Shown here: positions 50,345 through 64,000 of the stretch, one piece after another
Position numbering within the stretch: position 1 is the stretch's first letter
Layout of the letters: the number at the start of each line of letters is the position of its first letter
Assembly (NCBI GenBank): GCA_951406725.2
Contig: OX597818.1
Span: forward strand, 19,406,001 to 19,470,000
Source of the DNA: Octopus vulgaris
Lineage: Eukaryota
DNA length: 64,000 bases
Direction of reading: 5' to 3'
Notes under the pieces: model-generated
Databases searched by the model: none
Seen by the model: only the letters and a program-made list of their open reading frames with translations
What the model was told of the DNA's origin: nothing
Position numbers and translations under genes: made by a program

Positions 50345-50720
50345 GTTTGTCTTATATATGTAGGACAACATCATCGTATGTGGCAGGGCAAGATTATCCC
50401 ATCACACAGGGTAATAGTACACACTGTCTGTTTTCTATATGTAAGACAACATTGTCCTATGCGATATAGAAATACTGTTCTACCGCTTAATGTGATAGGA
50501 CACACTGCTTGTTTTATACATCTAGGACAACATTGACCATGTGAGAGTGCGATATTGTCCCAACACATAGGGTGATAGGACATAGTATTTGTTTTATGTA
50601 TTTAGAACAACACTATGATAGGGCAAAATTGTCCCGTCACATAGGCTAATATTGTCCTTGCATATAAGCAAATAAGACATATTGTATGTTTTATATATCT
50701 ATGACAAAATTGTTTTAAGT
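50345..50720. repeat. Degenerate ~80-bp tandem array (about 5 units) within old repeat family D
   Basis: Anchor gttt.tata.at.taggacaacat recurs near 50350, 50432, 50511, 50591 and 50688. Confidence 0.75.
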
Positions 50721-50793
50721 GTCCTTTTTCTTAATACGGTGAATTTGAAAGTGATTTCGTTTCTATTTCTGGAAAAATGAGCGACCACTTACA

Positions 50794-50850
<57 letters not shown>

Positions 50851-51039
50851 CCTCTCCCCCTTCTTTCTCTACCATGTTGTATAACTTTGTCCAGATCTTT
50901 TGGCGAGATAGTAGACGCCCGTCGCTTACTTTGCAATGGCAAAATTCTGTTTACAATCCTAGAATGTTCCCAACCAAGCATAAAGAAAGCACCGGCGGAT
51001 GTCTACAGACGTTATAGCCAAGATTGTTACAGTCAAATC

Positions 51040-52140
51040 TAAAATCTCAGTCGTTTGGGGGAAGGGGTGCAGTCGGTTACATCGACCCCAGTACACAAAA
51101 GTTTATTTTATCGACACGCACAGGCTAAAAGACGTAGTCGACCTCAGCGAAATTTGAACTTAGAATGTGATGCCGGAAGAAATGACGCTAAGCATTTTGT
51201 TCGGCGTGGTAACGATTTTGCCAGCTGCCGCTTTCTATAATAATGATAATAACTAAATTCTTTTAAAAAATTTATTTAATATCCAAACCATGGGTCTCCG
51301 GTTCAGTCCACTGCACGGCACTTTAAGCAAGTGTCTACTACTATAGTTCCGGGGTGACCAAAACCTTGTGAGTGGATTTAGCTGACGGAAACTGAAAGAA
51401 GCCTGGCGTGCGCGTGTGCGTGTGTGTGTGTTTGTGTTTGCGTTGTGTTTGTTCCCTACAACCACTTGACAACTGCTATTGTTGTTTTTTTACGTAACAT
51501 AGCAGTTCGGCAAAAGAGGCCGATGGAATAAATACCAGGTTTTAAAACATAAGTGCTGGGTCGATTACTTCGACTTCAATACTCAACTGATATTTATTTT
51601 ATTGATGCTAAAATGATGAAAGGCAAAGTTGACCTCGGTGGAAATCTACTACCCCATAAATAATAATAAAAAGTTATAATAGTTATATGTTCTTTATCAC
51701 AATCATTGGAGCCCAGTCATTCATACAATAAAAATAAAAAACGCATAGAAAAATATTCTTTTATATCTTTCTCTTGTTTCAATCATTGGACTGCAGCCAT
51801 GCTTGGGCACCGCCTTGAAAGATTTTAATCTAACAAATCGACCAAAATACTTGTTTTGTTTTTTTAATGTTTGGTACTTATATCGAAATTATTTTACCGA
51901 ACCGCTAAGTTATGGGTTGTAAATAAACCTACACCGATTGAGAAGCAGTGGTAAGGAAACAAATAAACAAACGAACACATACACGCAATGGGATTCCACA
52001 CCTTCCATCAACCAGTTTCACTCATAAGGTATTAGAATTGGTCAACCCGAGACTATGGTGGAAGACACTTGCCCAAGGTGTTGTGTGGTGAGACTGAACC
52101 CAAGGCCACGTGGCTGGGAAGCAATTTTCTTAACTACATG
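51040..52140. mobile_element. SINE cluster: B(-) 51040-51231, A(+) 51284-51575, A(-) 51762-52140
   Basis: By-eye matches to the reference copies. Confidence 0.75.
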
Positions 52141-52689
52141 CGTACGCAAAAGAAACAAAATTATATATAAACTAGGAAAAGAGTGGGAAAAAGATAGGCT
52201 TACAGTAATTCAAGGCCATAAATCCACTGACTATGGTATTTAGTCGATCCATTCTGCGTTTTGTATACTACTTGATACTTATTTTATCGACATTGAAGGG
52301 AACATCAATCATTCAACAAGCTACCAATCATCGATAGAGGGCCTTTATGTGGTCTCTCGATTTTGTAGAAATAGTAGCCGAATCATTCACATAATTTTCT
52401 GCATCGTATTAAAAGAAAGGCAGAAAAAGAAGAGAAAGGAATAAAGGACACATTAGACAATGTTAACTTAGATATATAAAACTGACAGGGTGATCATGGC
52501 TAGATTAAAAAGGACGTTTTTACATACCCAAGAGTATTTATTCGGTGCTCCACCGATTCTTCTATTCCATCCATAGTATTTCAGAATTTTTGTTTCTTTT
52601 TGGGGGAGGAGGGGGAACCAGCTAGTTAGCTTGTTGTTGTTGCTGTTGGTGGTGGTGGTGGTGGTGGTGGTGGTGGTAGTGTTTTTACA

Positions 52690-52880
52690 AAGATAAGCCC
52701 TGATTGCGTAGGCCTTGCAGTCGAAGCCCTTCCGACCGTGACCATACTGTCTCTTTTATATGTATCTAGGACAACATTGCCCTAAATGTCCTTCCAACTT
52801 TTTTTTAATAAGGTGCAACGCATCATGAGAGTTATTTGGCTGCTATTTCAAGGAAAATGAGCGACCACAAACAGGCGCTG
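52690..52880 (+). repeat. Old dispersed repeat family D (relatives near 4900-5110, 7900-8060, 19720-19850, 27665-27850, 52340-52505, 58878-59070, 59730-59920)
   Basis: Shared motifs ...ttcc.gcc.tgaccat...tatctagg.c.acatt...gagatttggctgctatttc.ag....tgagcgacca. Confidence 0.6.
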
Positions 52881-53449
52881 CTCAAGATGGCTGCTGGCTG
52901 GTGGGATGTAAGACAGAAGTTTCTAGTGCATTCTCTGAAATTCTATTTTTGTTGTTTGTGGTTGTTACTTATTTATTGTTTTTCTTTTTATTTTACCTGA
53001 GAGCAGAGTAGGTATTTCTATAAATATTTGGTATGTCAGCATAGCAGCAGTTGAATGTATTGTATGTTATTTAAATGGCAATCTAAAAAGAACATACAAA
53101 GCTATTTGGAAGCTACAAAACTCTGTGAGTGAGTGAGGCAAAGGAAACGAGAATGGGGTGGCGAATGAGAGGTAAAAAAAAAATAGACTATTTGTACGTT
53201 ATGTCGTACTTTGTATTGTTTACTCTATGTAGAACGTCTGTCTATATTTGTTATGATCCCATGGTAAACACGAAGGACCAAACCATAAAGCATGAATCAC
53301 TTAGTCCTGTGTTTAGATGTGCATGTGTCTGTGTGTGTATGAGTGAGTGTCTGTGAATTTATGTATGGGTGACTCTGTAAATACATATTTATAGATATGT
53401 TTTGTTTATCTAATCACATAACATTATACGTATCTAGATTCTCAAACGC

Positions 53450-54190
<741 letters not shown>

Positions 54191-54484
54191 CTTACATAGA
54201 AAAACCAATAGAACATGTACACTGAGATGCCGTGTCAGTCGGGTGGGCATCCAACATTTTGAACATAGTCCTTCTTCAAAGTCTCGATGACAGGAGGTGG
54301 GAAAAGGAAGGCAACAGAGTTTTACATCCTCCACAGAGTCTGTAGTCTTAAGTATACAAGACGGGATTACCATTATTGGAACGCTTTGTGTCATAGTTCT
54401 GCTTGATCGGCGTTGACTTGGTTCTAAGCAACAGCATGAACTGCTTGCATTTATATTAGTCATATTTATTACATTTTTTATGGT

Positions 54485-54530
54485 TATTAGGTCCAGTGTT
54501 AAGCAAAGTTGCTTTACACTGGACCTAATA
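54485..54530. repeat. 46-bp near-perfect palindrome (TA-ended; possible minimal mariner-type MITE)
   Basis: tattaggtccagtgttaagcaa-ag-ttgctttacactggacctaata, 21 of 22 positions paired. Confidence 0.85.
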
Positions 54531-54636
54531 CCTATAAAAAAGATTGTATGATGTAAAATTTCGTGTTATATCAAATTACATATTGTAAAACATCTGGGTT
54601 GTTCAGACTCTATCATTATTTGTGTTCTATAACAGA

Positions 54637-55036
54637 CTAGCAGTATAGCCCGGCGTTACCCGGGTATGTAAGAGCCCCTAGTAGGCAACGACTAATCCCA
54701 TCTAGTCCTTTCCCTCTAGCGAACGAAGGCGCATGTGTAGGTTGCAATGTCTTCTCTTCACTCGAATACTTCTATGTATACGATGTTCCTAGCTGTCTCC
54801 CGACAGAAAATGTGTTGCATATAAAAAGCTTAGATTCTCGACCCCATGTCGAATTTATCGATTTTTTTTCAGAACTGGGGGAACTTTTCAAAATTTTCGC
54901 TGCGTTAGTTTTGAATTATGACATTGGGCTATGTGTGTGTCAAGTTTCATCAGAATCGGTTGAAAGCCGTGGTCAGGGTGAGGGTACAACCTGACAGACA
55001 CACAGACAGACAAACTGCCGTTTATATATAGAGAGA
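54637..55036 (-). mobile_element. Non-autonomous Helitron (400 bp)
   Basis: Minus strand: A|TCtctctatatataa...(ctgt)n...hairpin acccgg-gtaacg-ccgggc-7 nt-CTAG|T; inserted between A and T with no TSD. Confidence 0.85.
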
Positions 55037-55107
55037 TGAAGTTATAGAATCAGAATGGTTAAAAAATTATTTTCCCACACGCAACATCCCGGGTTCCATC
55101 CCAATGC

Positions 55108-55297
55108 ATGGCACCTTGATCAAACGCTTTCTTCTTCTTCTTCTTCTTCTTCTTCTTCTTCTTCTTCTTCTTCTTCTTCTTCTTCTTCTTCTTCTTCTTC
55201 TTTTTCTTCTTTTTCTTCTTCTTCTTCTTCTTCTTCTTCTTCTTCTTCTTCTTCTTCTTCTTCTTCTTCTTCTTCTTCTTCTTCTCCTCCTCCTTCT
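55108..55297. repeat. (TTC)n microsatellite
   Basis: Directly visible. Confidence 0.95.
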
Positions 55298-55762
55298 CGG
55301 TTTCACTCATACTTTGTGAGTAAAACGGGACAGACAGGAAATGTTTAAAAGCCCATCAGATAGACTGCATCTGTAATTCAAAGATCCTGTCTTGTCACAC
55401 TGAGAAGCACATGAAGTATTAAATTAACGTATCTTTGGAATCTTCAGCCACTAACTCACTGATTCAGTGAGCTAGGTAGAGATGTTAAAAGAAGAAAAAA
55501 TAACAATGAAATTAATATTTCATATGTAACTTATAGGCGAACATATTTGAGCAGAATGACTACTTTTATGTTCTTTTTAGTTTCGCTTTTTAAATGTGTT
55601 GGTCAGAAAAAGAAGAGCAATGCCCATGACCGTTCCTAGATTCTCCGAAACAAGTGAAAGGAGGTTATCAATGGTCCAGAGATCTGATCCGAGTGACTAT
55701 AGTATAGTAAACTCCGCTAAACGCACTCGTGATAGTAAACCAGTCGACGGATTAAAGTTACC

Positions 55763-55992
55763 TATTTCTTTACTACCCACAAGGGGCCAAACACAGAGAG
55801 GACAAACAAGGACAGACAAACGGATTAAGTCGATTATATCGACCCCCAGTGCGAAACTGGTACTTAATTTATCGACCCCGAAAGGATGAAAGGCAAAGTT
55901 GACCTCGGCGGAATTTGAACTCAGAACGTAGCGGGAGACGAAATACTGATAAGCATTTCGCCCGGTGTGCTAACGTTTCTGCCAGCTCACCG
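55763..55992 (-). mobile_element. SINE family B monomer with perfect 14-bp TSD
   Basis: ggattaaagttacc at 55749-55762 and 55993-56006. Confidence 0.92.
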
Positions 55993-57043
55993 GGATTAAA
56001 GTTACCATCAAGTTACAGACGCAGTCTATTTGACGGGCTTTTTACACAGTTCCCGTCCACTGAATCTTTTTCACAAGGCTTGGGTCGATCCGAGGCTATG
56101 ATGAAAATACATTTTTAAGTGCCGTGCAGTATGATAGAGTGCGAGCCACGTGATTTTGAAGCGAAATTCTCTACCACACGGTCATGCATGTGTCCTTAAA
56201 TAAATGCGGTGAAATAAATAAAGAATAAAATAAGTAATACTTTTAAATTTTGATACAAGGCCAGTGACTTTTAGTGGAGGAGTAAGTCGAATACAACGAC
56301 TTATGTTATCGATTTCGAAAGGATGAAAGGCAGAATTGACCTTGGCAGCATTTGAACTCAGAATGTAATGATAAAAGAACTGTTGCTCAGGATTTTGTCA
56401 GGCATGCAATTGAATCTACTCACCGCTTAAAAAAATGATATAAATGGTGAGATAGTTACATGTCTCGTCTAGAATGTGTTTCGCACAACCAATGGAGCCC
56501 GCTTGGAATTGTTCCGATGTTTTTAACAAAATTTTATTTGTTTGCCTAAGTTTTCCAATAAACTCTGATGCGGTATCCTTTCTTTTCATTTTTTTATTTC
56601 TGAGTTTTTCTAATTTTAAAGGTAAATTTATGAACTCCTTGTAGATCAAAAAGTAAGCGATCAACGTAAAACATCTAATAAATAGCAGGCGAAAAGCAGC
56701 AGTGTTCAAAGTATAATACTGAGCTATTTACGAGGAGAGGTAAATTGTAAAGGCCAGAAATAGAAATTTCGGATGATCGCAATTTGGAAGTTTTTGCATG
56801 GCAACTGCACTGGTGATAGATAGATAGATAGATGGAAATTTGTCTGAGATAACTCTAATGGCTAGCGGCATTGTTGCTTGCTGAACAAATTCGTTTCGAA
56901 GAATGTATTTGAGCGAAAAATTCCACTTTCGGTAGTAAATATTGCCAGTCTTGATTGCCAACATCACTTCATCATCTCATCACTACTTCAGAATATTTTG
57001 AAGTTACATTCTTTTCTCTTTTGTATCCCCTCCCCGCCTTCCC

Positions 57044-57101
<58 letters not shown>

Positions 57102-57219
57102 CTCTCTCTCTCCCCACAGACATACACATTCACACTCATAGCTAAATGTCGAATGTACTATATCGCTGTGTATGCAATTTGTTAGAATCTGTGTAGGTAT
57201 CAAGATGATGTGTTTGATT

Positions 57220-57664
57220 TTATCTTTTATCTTTTACTTGTTTCAATCATTAAACTGAGGCCATGATGAGGCACCACTTCGAAAAACTTTTAGTTGGATG
57301 AATCGACCCCTGTACTTGTTTTTTTTTTTTAAAAAACCCTGGTACTTATTCTATCGCTCTTTTTTGCTGAATCGTTATGTTACAGGGCATAAACACACCA
57401 ATACCGGTTGTCAAGCAGTGGGATCACATACACACACACACACATACATAAAGTTCAAATTTACAGAAAACAAAAGACGAAGACAGGTGATGGAACAGCA
57501 AGCAGGTGCATTAGTTTGATGCTTAGGAAGACCGGAAAAGTCTTCGACGTTTCGACCCTATATTCTTCGACAGAAAGGGATGAGAGGAGGGAAAATGAAG
57601 AGAGAACAAAAAAACGGAGAGAGAGAAAGAGAAAAAATGTGTAGCGATTAACGGTTTAACATAA

Positions 57665-57705
<41 letters not shown>

Positions 57706-57862
57706 ACAGGCTTCGTTCAGTTTCCGTTTACCAAATCTACTCACAAGGCTTTGGTCGGCACGAGGCTATAGTAGAAGACACTTGCCCAAAGTGCCACGCA
57801 GGGAGACTGAACACCGAACCATGTTGTCGGAATGCAAACTTCTTACCTCACAGTCATGCCTG
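57220..57862 (-). mobile_element. SINE family A (tail 57220-57430, head 57706-57862) interrupted by a P2 element
   Basis: Both halves match the reverse complement of family A. Confidence 0.82.
57450..57655 (-). mobile_element. PLE terminal-repeat-like element, family P2, with decayed hammerhead at 57541-57578
   Basis: Minus strand cttt-CTGTCGA-A-GAAT-atag-GGTC-GAAAC-GTC-gaaga; tail cacctgtcttcgtcttttgttttctgtaaatttgaact matches 40900-40938. Confidence 0.72.
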
Positions 57863-58264
57863 CGATTCTATAGTAAGAGCTTGGTATTTGATAACTTCGA
57901 CAGATCAGATTCAAGCCGGCCCTGATCTACCACTTAGTATTTCACTGCTAGTAACCTCAGATTAACAGCAACGTGAAATCTACTGTCAATGAGCAATACT
58001 ATAATTTCAATGCGGACTGCGTATATCAGCGTAAGTACAGTTATTGAAATATCAATAAATCAAAAACAAACATCTAATTAGGTAACTAAGTTGAATCAGT
58101 GGTTCATTTTTAGTTAAATAAAGAAAAAAAACCTACAAAATCACTTAAAAACATGAAAATATAAGGATTATCAAAATTCACAGAGCATTTTAGATATTAT
58201 TATTTATAATAAATAGCCTAATATTTTCTTTTGTACTTATTCTTGTGTGATATTTCTATCATAG

Positions 58265-58520
58265 ATTCAAAGTCGAGCTACGCGAGATTTTAGCTCAGAA
58301 AATAAATTATGGCAAGACAGATTTTTCAAGCCGTGTCAACTAGCAGAAGACTGATGAGTAAACCAAGACTAAGATTGTTGGACATTATCCATAGTCTCAG
58401 TTGGTTACACTTGGGAATCCTGTCAGAAAGTGTAAGAATGGCAGCTTCTGATAAGACCCTTTGGAGGAGGTGCCCTATAGCTCTCCTCGGAATATTAGGG
58501 GGAGAAAATGAATGACCGGA
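58265..58520 (+). mobile_element. RTE LINE 3' remnant, same family as 2526-2960
   Basis: MARQIFQAVSTSRRLMSKPRLRLLDIIHSLSW...; shares tccatagtctcagtt with the reverse complement of the first copy. Confidence 0.7.
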
Positions 58521-59979
58521 TTTCTATTCTTCCATTTGAAAAATAACATATTCTACACCGCGTAATATACTTTATATAAGCTAAAATGAAAGTAAAATAT
58601 CAGAACAGGATTAGCACTTCATCCTTTTACTAACATTCATTTTACTTCTGTTACTGTTAAACTCAGTCATTATCTCAATGTGATAGCGAACAGACATATA
58701 AGCTAATTATTCTATGTAGATTATTAGATATATAAGGCGTTGTCGCCTTCGTAGAAGCCATTTGTAACTACAACAGTATGTAACGGTAAAATCACGTAAT
58801 TTTTTTGACGAGGTATTTTTATCTGATGACTCGAATTCCTTCACATCGATGTTTTTTGCGGTTGTTGTTTTGCCTCAAATCAGCCCTGATCTAGAATACC
58901 TATAATAAAAGGAGTGCCAGCTATAAATTTATGATTATCCTATATTTTTTTCTTTAAAGAGAAAAATCTTGATGTGTCTAAGTTACATATGTTATGCGTT
59001 TTTCCTTTTCAAGACAATATAGTGTGATTTGAGGGAGATTTAGCTGTTATTTCTAGCAGGTAGAAGGATGACATGTAACTTGCATAAAAAGATAAAAGTA
59101 AGTTCCAGAGTCGCTGAGGATTGAGGGAGAGAGAGACTAAGTACGGATGATCAGAAGAGAAGAGGTGGAGAGACTAATGTATCGGAGAGGATTAGCCAAA
59201 GGTTGAAGACAACTTGTCTGTTCAACAGATCAAGGACCATCATAATAACAGTAGGAGAAACATTGAGACAGAGGCAGAGAGAGAGAGAGGAGAAATTAAA
59301 CTAAAACTATAAGACATTTAGTCTGGCATTCTCGCCTACGTCTTTTCAATGTTAATAAAATATAAATATTTAGAAAATTTGAAGAATTTATTTTTTAAAA
59401 AATCAACTTTTATTATCTTCACGGATCTCAGTGAATTTTGCTCATAAATATCAAAGATTTTTCCATAGCTAAAGACAGTTTTTTTTTTACCCCGGTTAAT
59501 TAGTTTGTTAATTTCTAGATAAGATAAAAGTTATAGATTTAATGTACAAATCAGTTCATACATGTAAAGTTTCTAAGTCCTTTTCCTTTCTGTGAATCAT
59601 AAGAATCAACTCAGGTAGTGCTTATCTTCGTAGCGTTAAGCGGATAAGGCAGTTTAATTAGAACTGTTGCTAATTAAATGAGAAGAATTTTAACTCATCA
59701 GTTCAACAATGCTGTGGTTGTTATTTATAACTCTGACAGATCAGATATATGATCAAAGGTGTTCCAGCCGTGTTAATAAGCCGTATGAATAAGTGTTCCG
59801 TCTTAGTCATACATACATTATCCAAGTGTAGTTTCTTTTTAAGGCGGTAGCGTGCAATTTGATAAAGATTTGAATGCTATTCCTTGCAGGTCGATAGATC
59901 GTGTAGAGGCTCCCTTGAGGGCTTCACTATGGTAAAGCTACACCGCCTTGCAGTTACATATGTAAAACACATATAGACC

Positions 59980-60150
59980 CGACTGGGCAAAGCTAAGTAT
60001 CTTGAGCAAGAACAAAGGTGGTGCCGATTTCTGGATAAGAATCAGCCATTAACAGTTTCTACCATAAATAAACTCGACTGGGAAAAGCTAAATATCTTGG
60101 CCAAGGACACAGGTGGTGCCAATTTCAGGATACGAATCAGCCAATAGCGC
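59980..60150. repeat. Diverged tandem duplication, period 95 bp
   Basis: cgactgggcaaagctaagtatcttgagcaagaacaaaggtggtgccgatttctggataagaatcagcca versus cgactgggaaaagctaaatatcttggccaaggacacaggtggtgccaatttcaggatacgaatcagcca. Confidence 0.85.
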
Positions 60151-61825
60151 TCACTAACAAATGTATCATAATAATATATGCCTAGCAGTCAATTAGAAAT
60201 TTGATACGTCTATTGAGGAAGATTGTCATTCACCATAAAACCTTTAAAAGGTTATTAGGACGTTTCTTTCATTTTCCTATAAGCAGTAACCATCATTGTT
60301 TTAGTATTGACAGCCGGAAGAACCATTTTAATCTTAATTGCTTACGTCAGTTCGCTTTAATATCACCCATAACCATATTCCCATCTTAGTGTGTATTCAG
60401 TTCCAATCAATCCATTATAGTGATTGTATTTGCAAAGCCATCTCGTTGTTAGCTGCTGAAGGCAAAATTTCTGAAGAGTTGAGACAAATTGGCTGAGAAG
60501 GTACAGTATTGATCTCCAAGTGGTGCAGTGAAAGCTGCTGCGGACATTTCGCCGTGTCACTTGTGCTAAATATAATAGTTAATTTTTCTTTTCTCTTTGC
60601 AAACTTAGATGTTAGAAATAACTAACATAGGTGTAATGCTGAGTTCTCTAAATTTGGCTCTAGGTTTATTTTTTTCTAAGGTCATTCTGGATGAGATCTG
60701 AATTCAGAACTAAGAGGAATGAAACTAAAATAATACATTTATACCGATGGTGTGCTGCTTTTACTAAAACCTCATCGCTATGCTGGTGTAATTATAGACT
60801 TCTTTTCACTTGGCATAAGTGTCTTCACAGAGGGGATTGGAATCTATAAAAACCAACTGATACATCACTATTAGTTAATGCATTGATCACTGGAGAACTG
60901 AGAGGTAAATACAACTCCAACAGAAGAAACAAAGCCACACACGGTAGATGAGTAGCTTAGTCAATTAATTCGGTCCCAGTACGTTGCTAGTGATTATTTC
61001 ATCAACTCTAGATGGATGACTAGTAAAGTCAACCACTGTGTGATTGGGTTCAGAATGTAAAAGGACGTAATTAAATACCGGAAGACATTTCATCCAATGC
61101 TCTACTGATTTTCTAATTCACAACCTGTTTATTTCAATATGATATTACGTATACATACTGCAGATAAGTTAATTGATATGAGAGCATGTGGAAAATAGCT
61201 TATCGTTCGTATCTTGTATGCTGTCGTATCGGTAATTAAGCTAATCTGGTGAACAGGCGTTCATTAGTACACCTTATTACACGATTAGCAAAACGTACAC
61301 ATATATTGGCACACCTAAGTCTGTCTAAGATATGAAATTATGCAAGTTATGCACAGTGATGGTTCACTTGTAAAATATCAGGCTTAATTATTTAGTTTGG
61401 ATTTTAACTCAACCTAACTATTGCGCATAACTATTAAATTGAGATTCCAGCTGTGTGGACAGAATACTAAAAACCAAGCCGAGTGGTTGTTTTCTTGCAT
61501 CCTGTCCGTATCCTTTATCAGCATTGCGTTTTGTCTAGAATGGAAATACTTAATTCATTCAAGAGGTGCAACAGATTATTATGAACAACTTAACACTTCA
61601 AATGGAGGCAACGTATTAAAACTGACAAATGGTTCGTCAGCTAGCAAGATTAAGTTCAAATCCTCATATAGGTATAATGGGGCTATATACGGGTTCCACC
61701 AGATTTCTTTGCCTGCGGTACATACCTCAAGATAATCTTCAGTGATCTTGTTACACCATCTCAGTAGATTATGGGATTCTCCACTCATCGCTGTTGAATT
61801 AGCACAAAGTGCCAAAGTCTATTAC

Positions 61826-62078
61826 ATGCCGGCATATAAGCCGAAAATCTGGTCCCAGATTTTAAACTTGAAAAAGTTACCTCAGTTTATTTGCGAGTCA
61901 TGTATGAATTGTTTTTGAACATCTTTTAAAATGTATTTTTAATCAGAAGAAAATGACTTGCTTTTCGTTGGTCATGAACTGCCTGTCAGCGGTGCTGTTG
62001 TATTTTTTTGGCTTATTGTACAACTTTCAGTTTGAACCTAGCTTCATATTTCATTCGTTGCCGTTGTGCCTGCGACAT
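61826..62078 (-). mobile_element. pogo/Tc2-type remnant with Brinker-like DNA-binding N-terminus
   Basis: From ATG at 62078: MSQAQRQRMKYEARFKLKVVQ*AKK/YNSTADRQFMTNEKQV, resembling the POGK-type YxxxFKLKVVxYA..N.AA.REF.V.EKQV motif; Tc2-like end gccggcatataagccg. Confidence 0.7.
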
Positions 62079-62399
62079 TTTGATGGAGTTGATACCAAGT
62101 AAGATCAGTATGTTTCCTTGCAAACCAGTTGTAATTAGAACAACTTCTCAGAATAATAGAGACACCTGATTGCAAAGGTCGGTTGTTTTATAGATCCTTA
62201 ATAACCTGTAATCATCGACATATATAGTACATTAGATAATTTTTCAAGAGCGTTGTCTGCAAGAAAAAAGTAAACGAGATGAGATGAGATCCGGGAGTGT
62301 ATTTCTGAGAAAAAAAGGATTTGTTGATATATTTCATGTTGAACTACGGTGGAGAAACATAGTAGGTGACGAGAAGAAAAGAAAACTGTTGTTAGATAA

Positions 62400-62715
62400 A
62401 TATGCGTGAAGGAGTTATGTAGCTTGGCAGTTCAGGAAAGCAAACACTGTTAAAATAGTGATTCGAAAATGTTGTATCTGGTTATAGCGACAAAGGAAAC
62501 TTTGACAATCAACTGAAATTCTGTATTTATCTGGTCTAGAATATAGTGTGTGTAACAATAGCACTGTTTCAACTGTGTGAACAGTGCTTCAACGTGAGTC
62601 TTTTCTTGAGCTTTGCAGATGGACAGAAACTGATCAGATTTGAAGTATTGTCTGGTCTTGTAAAGGAAGTTTAGTCTTTGGGGCACCGTAATAGATCGTC
62701 AGAGATTGTCTTTAA
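62400..62715 (-). mobile_element. CR1/L2-group LINE reverse transcriptase C-terminal remnant
   Basis: PQRLNFLYKTRQYFKSDQFLSICKAQEKTHVE/HCSHS*...HYFNSVCFPEL resembles the CR1-group QRLGFLxRxRxYF...LYKAQxRPxMEYCSHxW motif. Confidence 0.7.
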
Positions 62716-64000
62716 CTAAGTTTAAGGTGGTGCCCCGATGTAGCTGTAGTCCAATGACTGATCAACTAGAAGAATAAATTAATATTTTCCTTCAAAATTT
62801 CAATCAAGATATAACATTTATAGCAGACTTTCGATATACTGATTCAATGTACACATTTTTGTTTTATGGTACAGGTGTTAAGTTAAAACTTTGAAACACT
62901 TGTGATGTAATGCATATGTGATATAATATGTGAAACTATGTGATTTAATGTATATGAGGGCTTATCATTGAAGAGATATTCATAAACCTCAAACTTGTTT
63001 TGGGCCACCAGCTATCCCCAGGTGATGTTCCATTTAACAGAACCATAATCACCTTTATCAGCTTTTGCGTAGTTCGATATCTGTTTGTAGGTCTGTTTGT
63101 AGGCATGGGTGTTTACAGCTTTGTATACATAATAATCATTTGCGTGTTATGTAAATTCGCAGTTGTCTTTACTTTTACTAACGTGGCTGAAGGGGACGAG
63201 TGTGCTTTTATCCTCAGAAAACAGATTTTATGATGTTTAGCAAGAATATGAGTTGATTGAAAATATTTCCTTTAATGTCTTTTAAAGAAATGTCTTAATG
63301 GCGGCATAGTCGGGAAACCAAATGCTAGGCTTAGTTTCTCCTTCTAAATATGATCTTCAAAAAGCAAAACGTCAAGAACTTTGACTTTCATTTCCATATA
63401 TGACTAGCTATGCGTGTATGTAAAAAATAAAAGTAATAATAATAATAAACCTTTTTAGGTTAAACTTATGATAATAGATTAGTGGAATATTTTCGTTTAC
63501 TGTAGTACTTAATCAACCATAAAAGAAGAGACGATGATGTTTCTTAATCGGTATACCCTACAGTATCGGAATATTAGAATCGGTACACTTAACACTATTA
63601 GAATATAGTTTCTAATATAGTGTCCAGGAATATTCTATGTTGTGGAGTTTGATGGATTTCTTTTATAAACCAATATATACAATATTTTTATTGTTTTGAT
63701 ATAGAATATAATATTAAGCTTGCCACAACTGGCAAAGTCGATAAGATGTTAGCCTATGAACCGAAAAGGTGGTAGTTGGTTTCTCAACACTGGTCGTACA
63801 TTGACCAAAACGTTTAAACATTAAATGCCTCATTTCATGTAGCTGTAAACTGGGAGAGAGAGAGAGAGAGAGAAACAGACAGACAGAGACTAACAGAGGG
63901 ACAGACGGAAGAAGTACTGAATAATAACGAATGTTTCGTTAAATTTACAATTTTCAGGTCTCAAATCCTCCGACGGGCATGGACATAGTTTGGTGCATCT

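Noticed and set aside
62450-62686. 78-aa ORF as a host exon
   Set aside because: Better explained as a frameshifted CR1-group reverse transcriptase C-terminus.

Overview
Eukaryotic, AT-rich, microsatellite-saturated genomic DNA with no intact protein-coding gene that I can recognise. The repeat repertoire suggests an octopus-type cephalopod genome (inference). Most ORFs in the supplied track are translations of simple repeats. The real content is transposable-element debris: three tRNA-derived SINE families (here A, B, C) and an old dispersed repeat (D); LINE remnants (RTE, R4/Dong, CR1-like, probably L1/Tx1); Penelope-like element (PLE) remnants (RT/GIY-YIG); a near full-length Tc1-type transposon with DD36E spacing (44528-45834); pogo/Tigger, mariner and hAT derivatives; and non-autonomous Helitron-like elements. 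The most interesting signal is about a dozen type-I hammerhead-ribozyme (HHR) motifs, mostly in short PLE-terminal-repeat-like elements abutting (TA)n tracts. One family carries a non-canonical core (CUGUYGA, A6U) in all four copies. Two DNA transposons contain copies of neighbouring genomic sequence. Weak minus-strand promoter and exon candidates suggest much of the window could be intronic. All identifications are by eye and from recalled family motifs; no database search or folding program was run.
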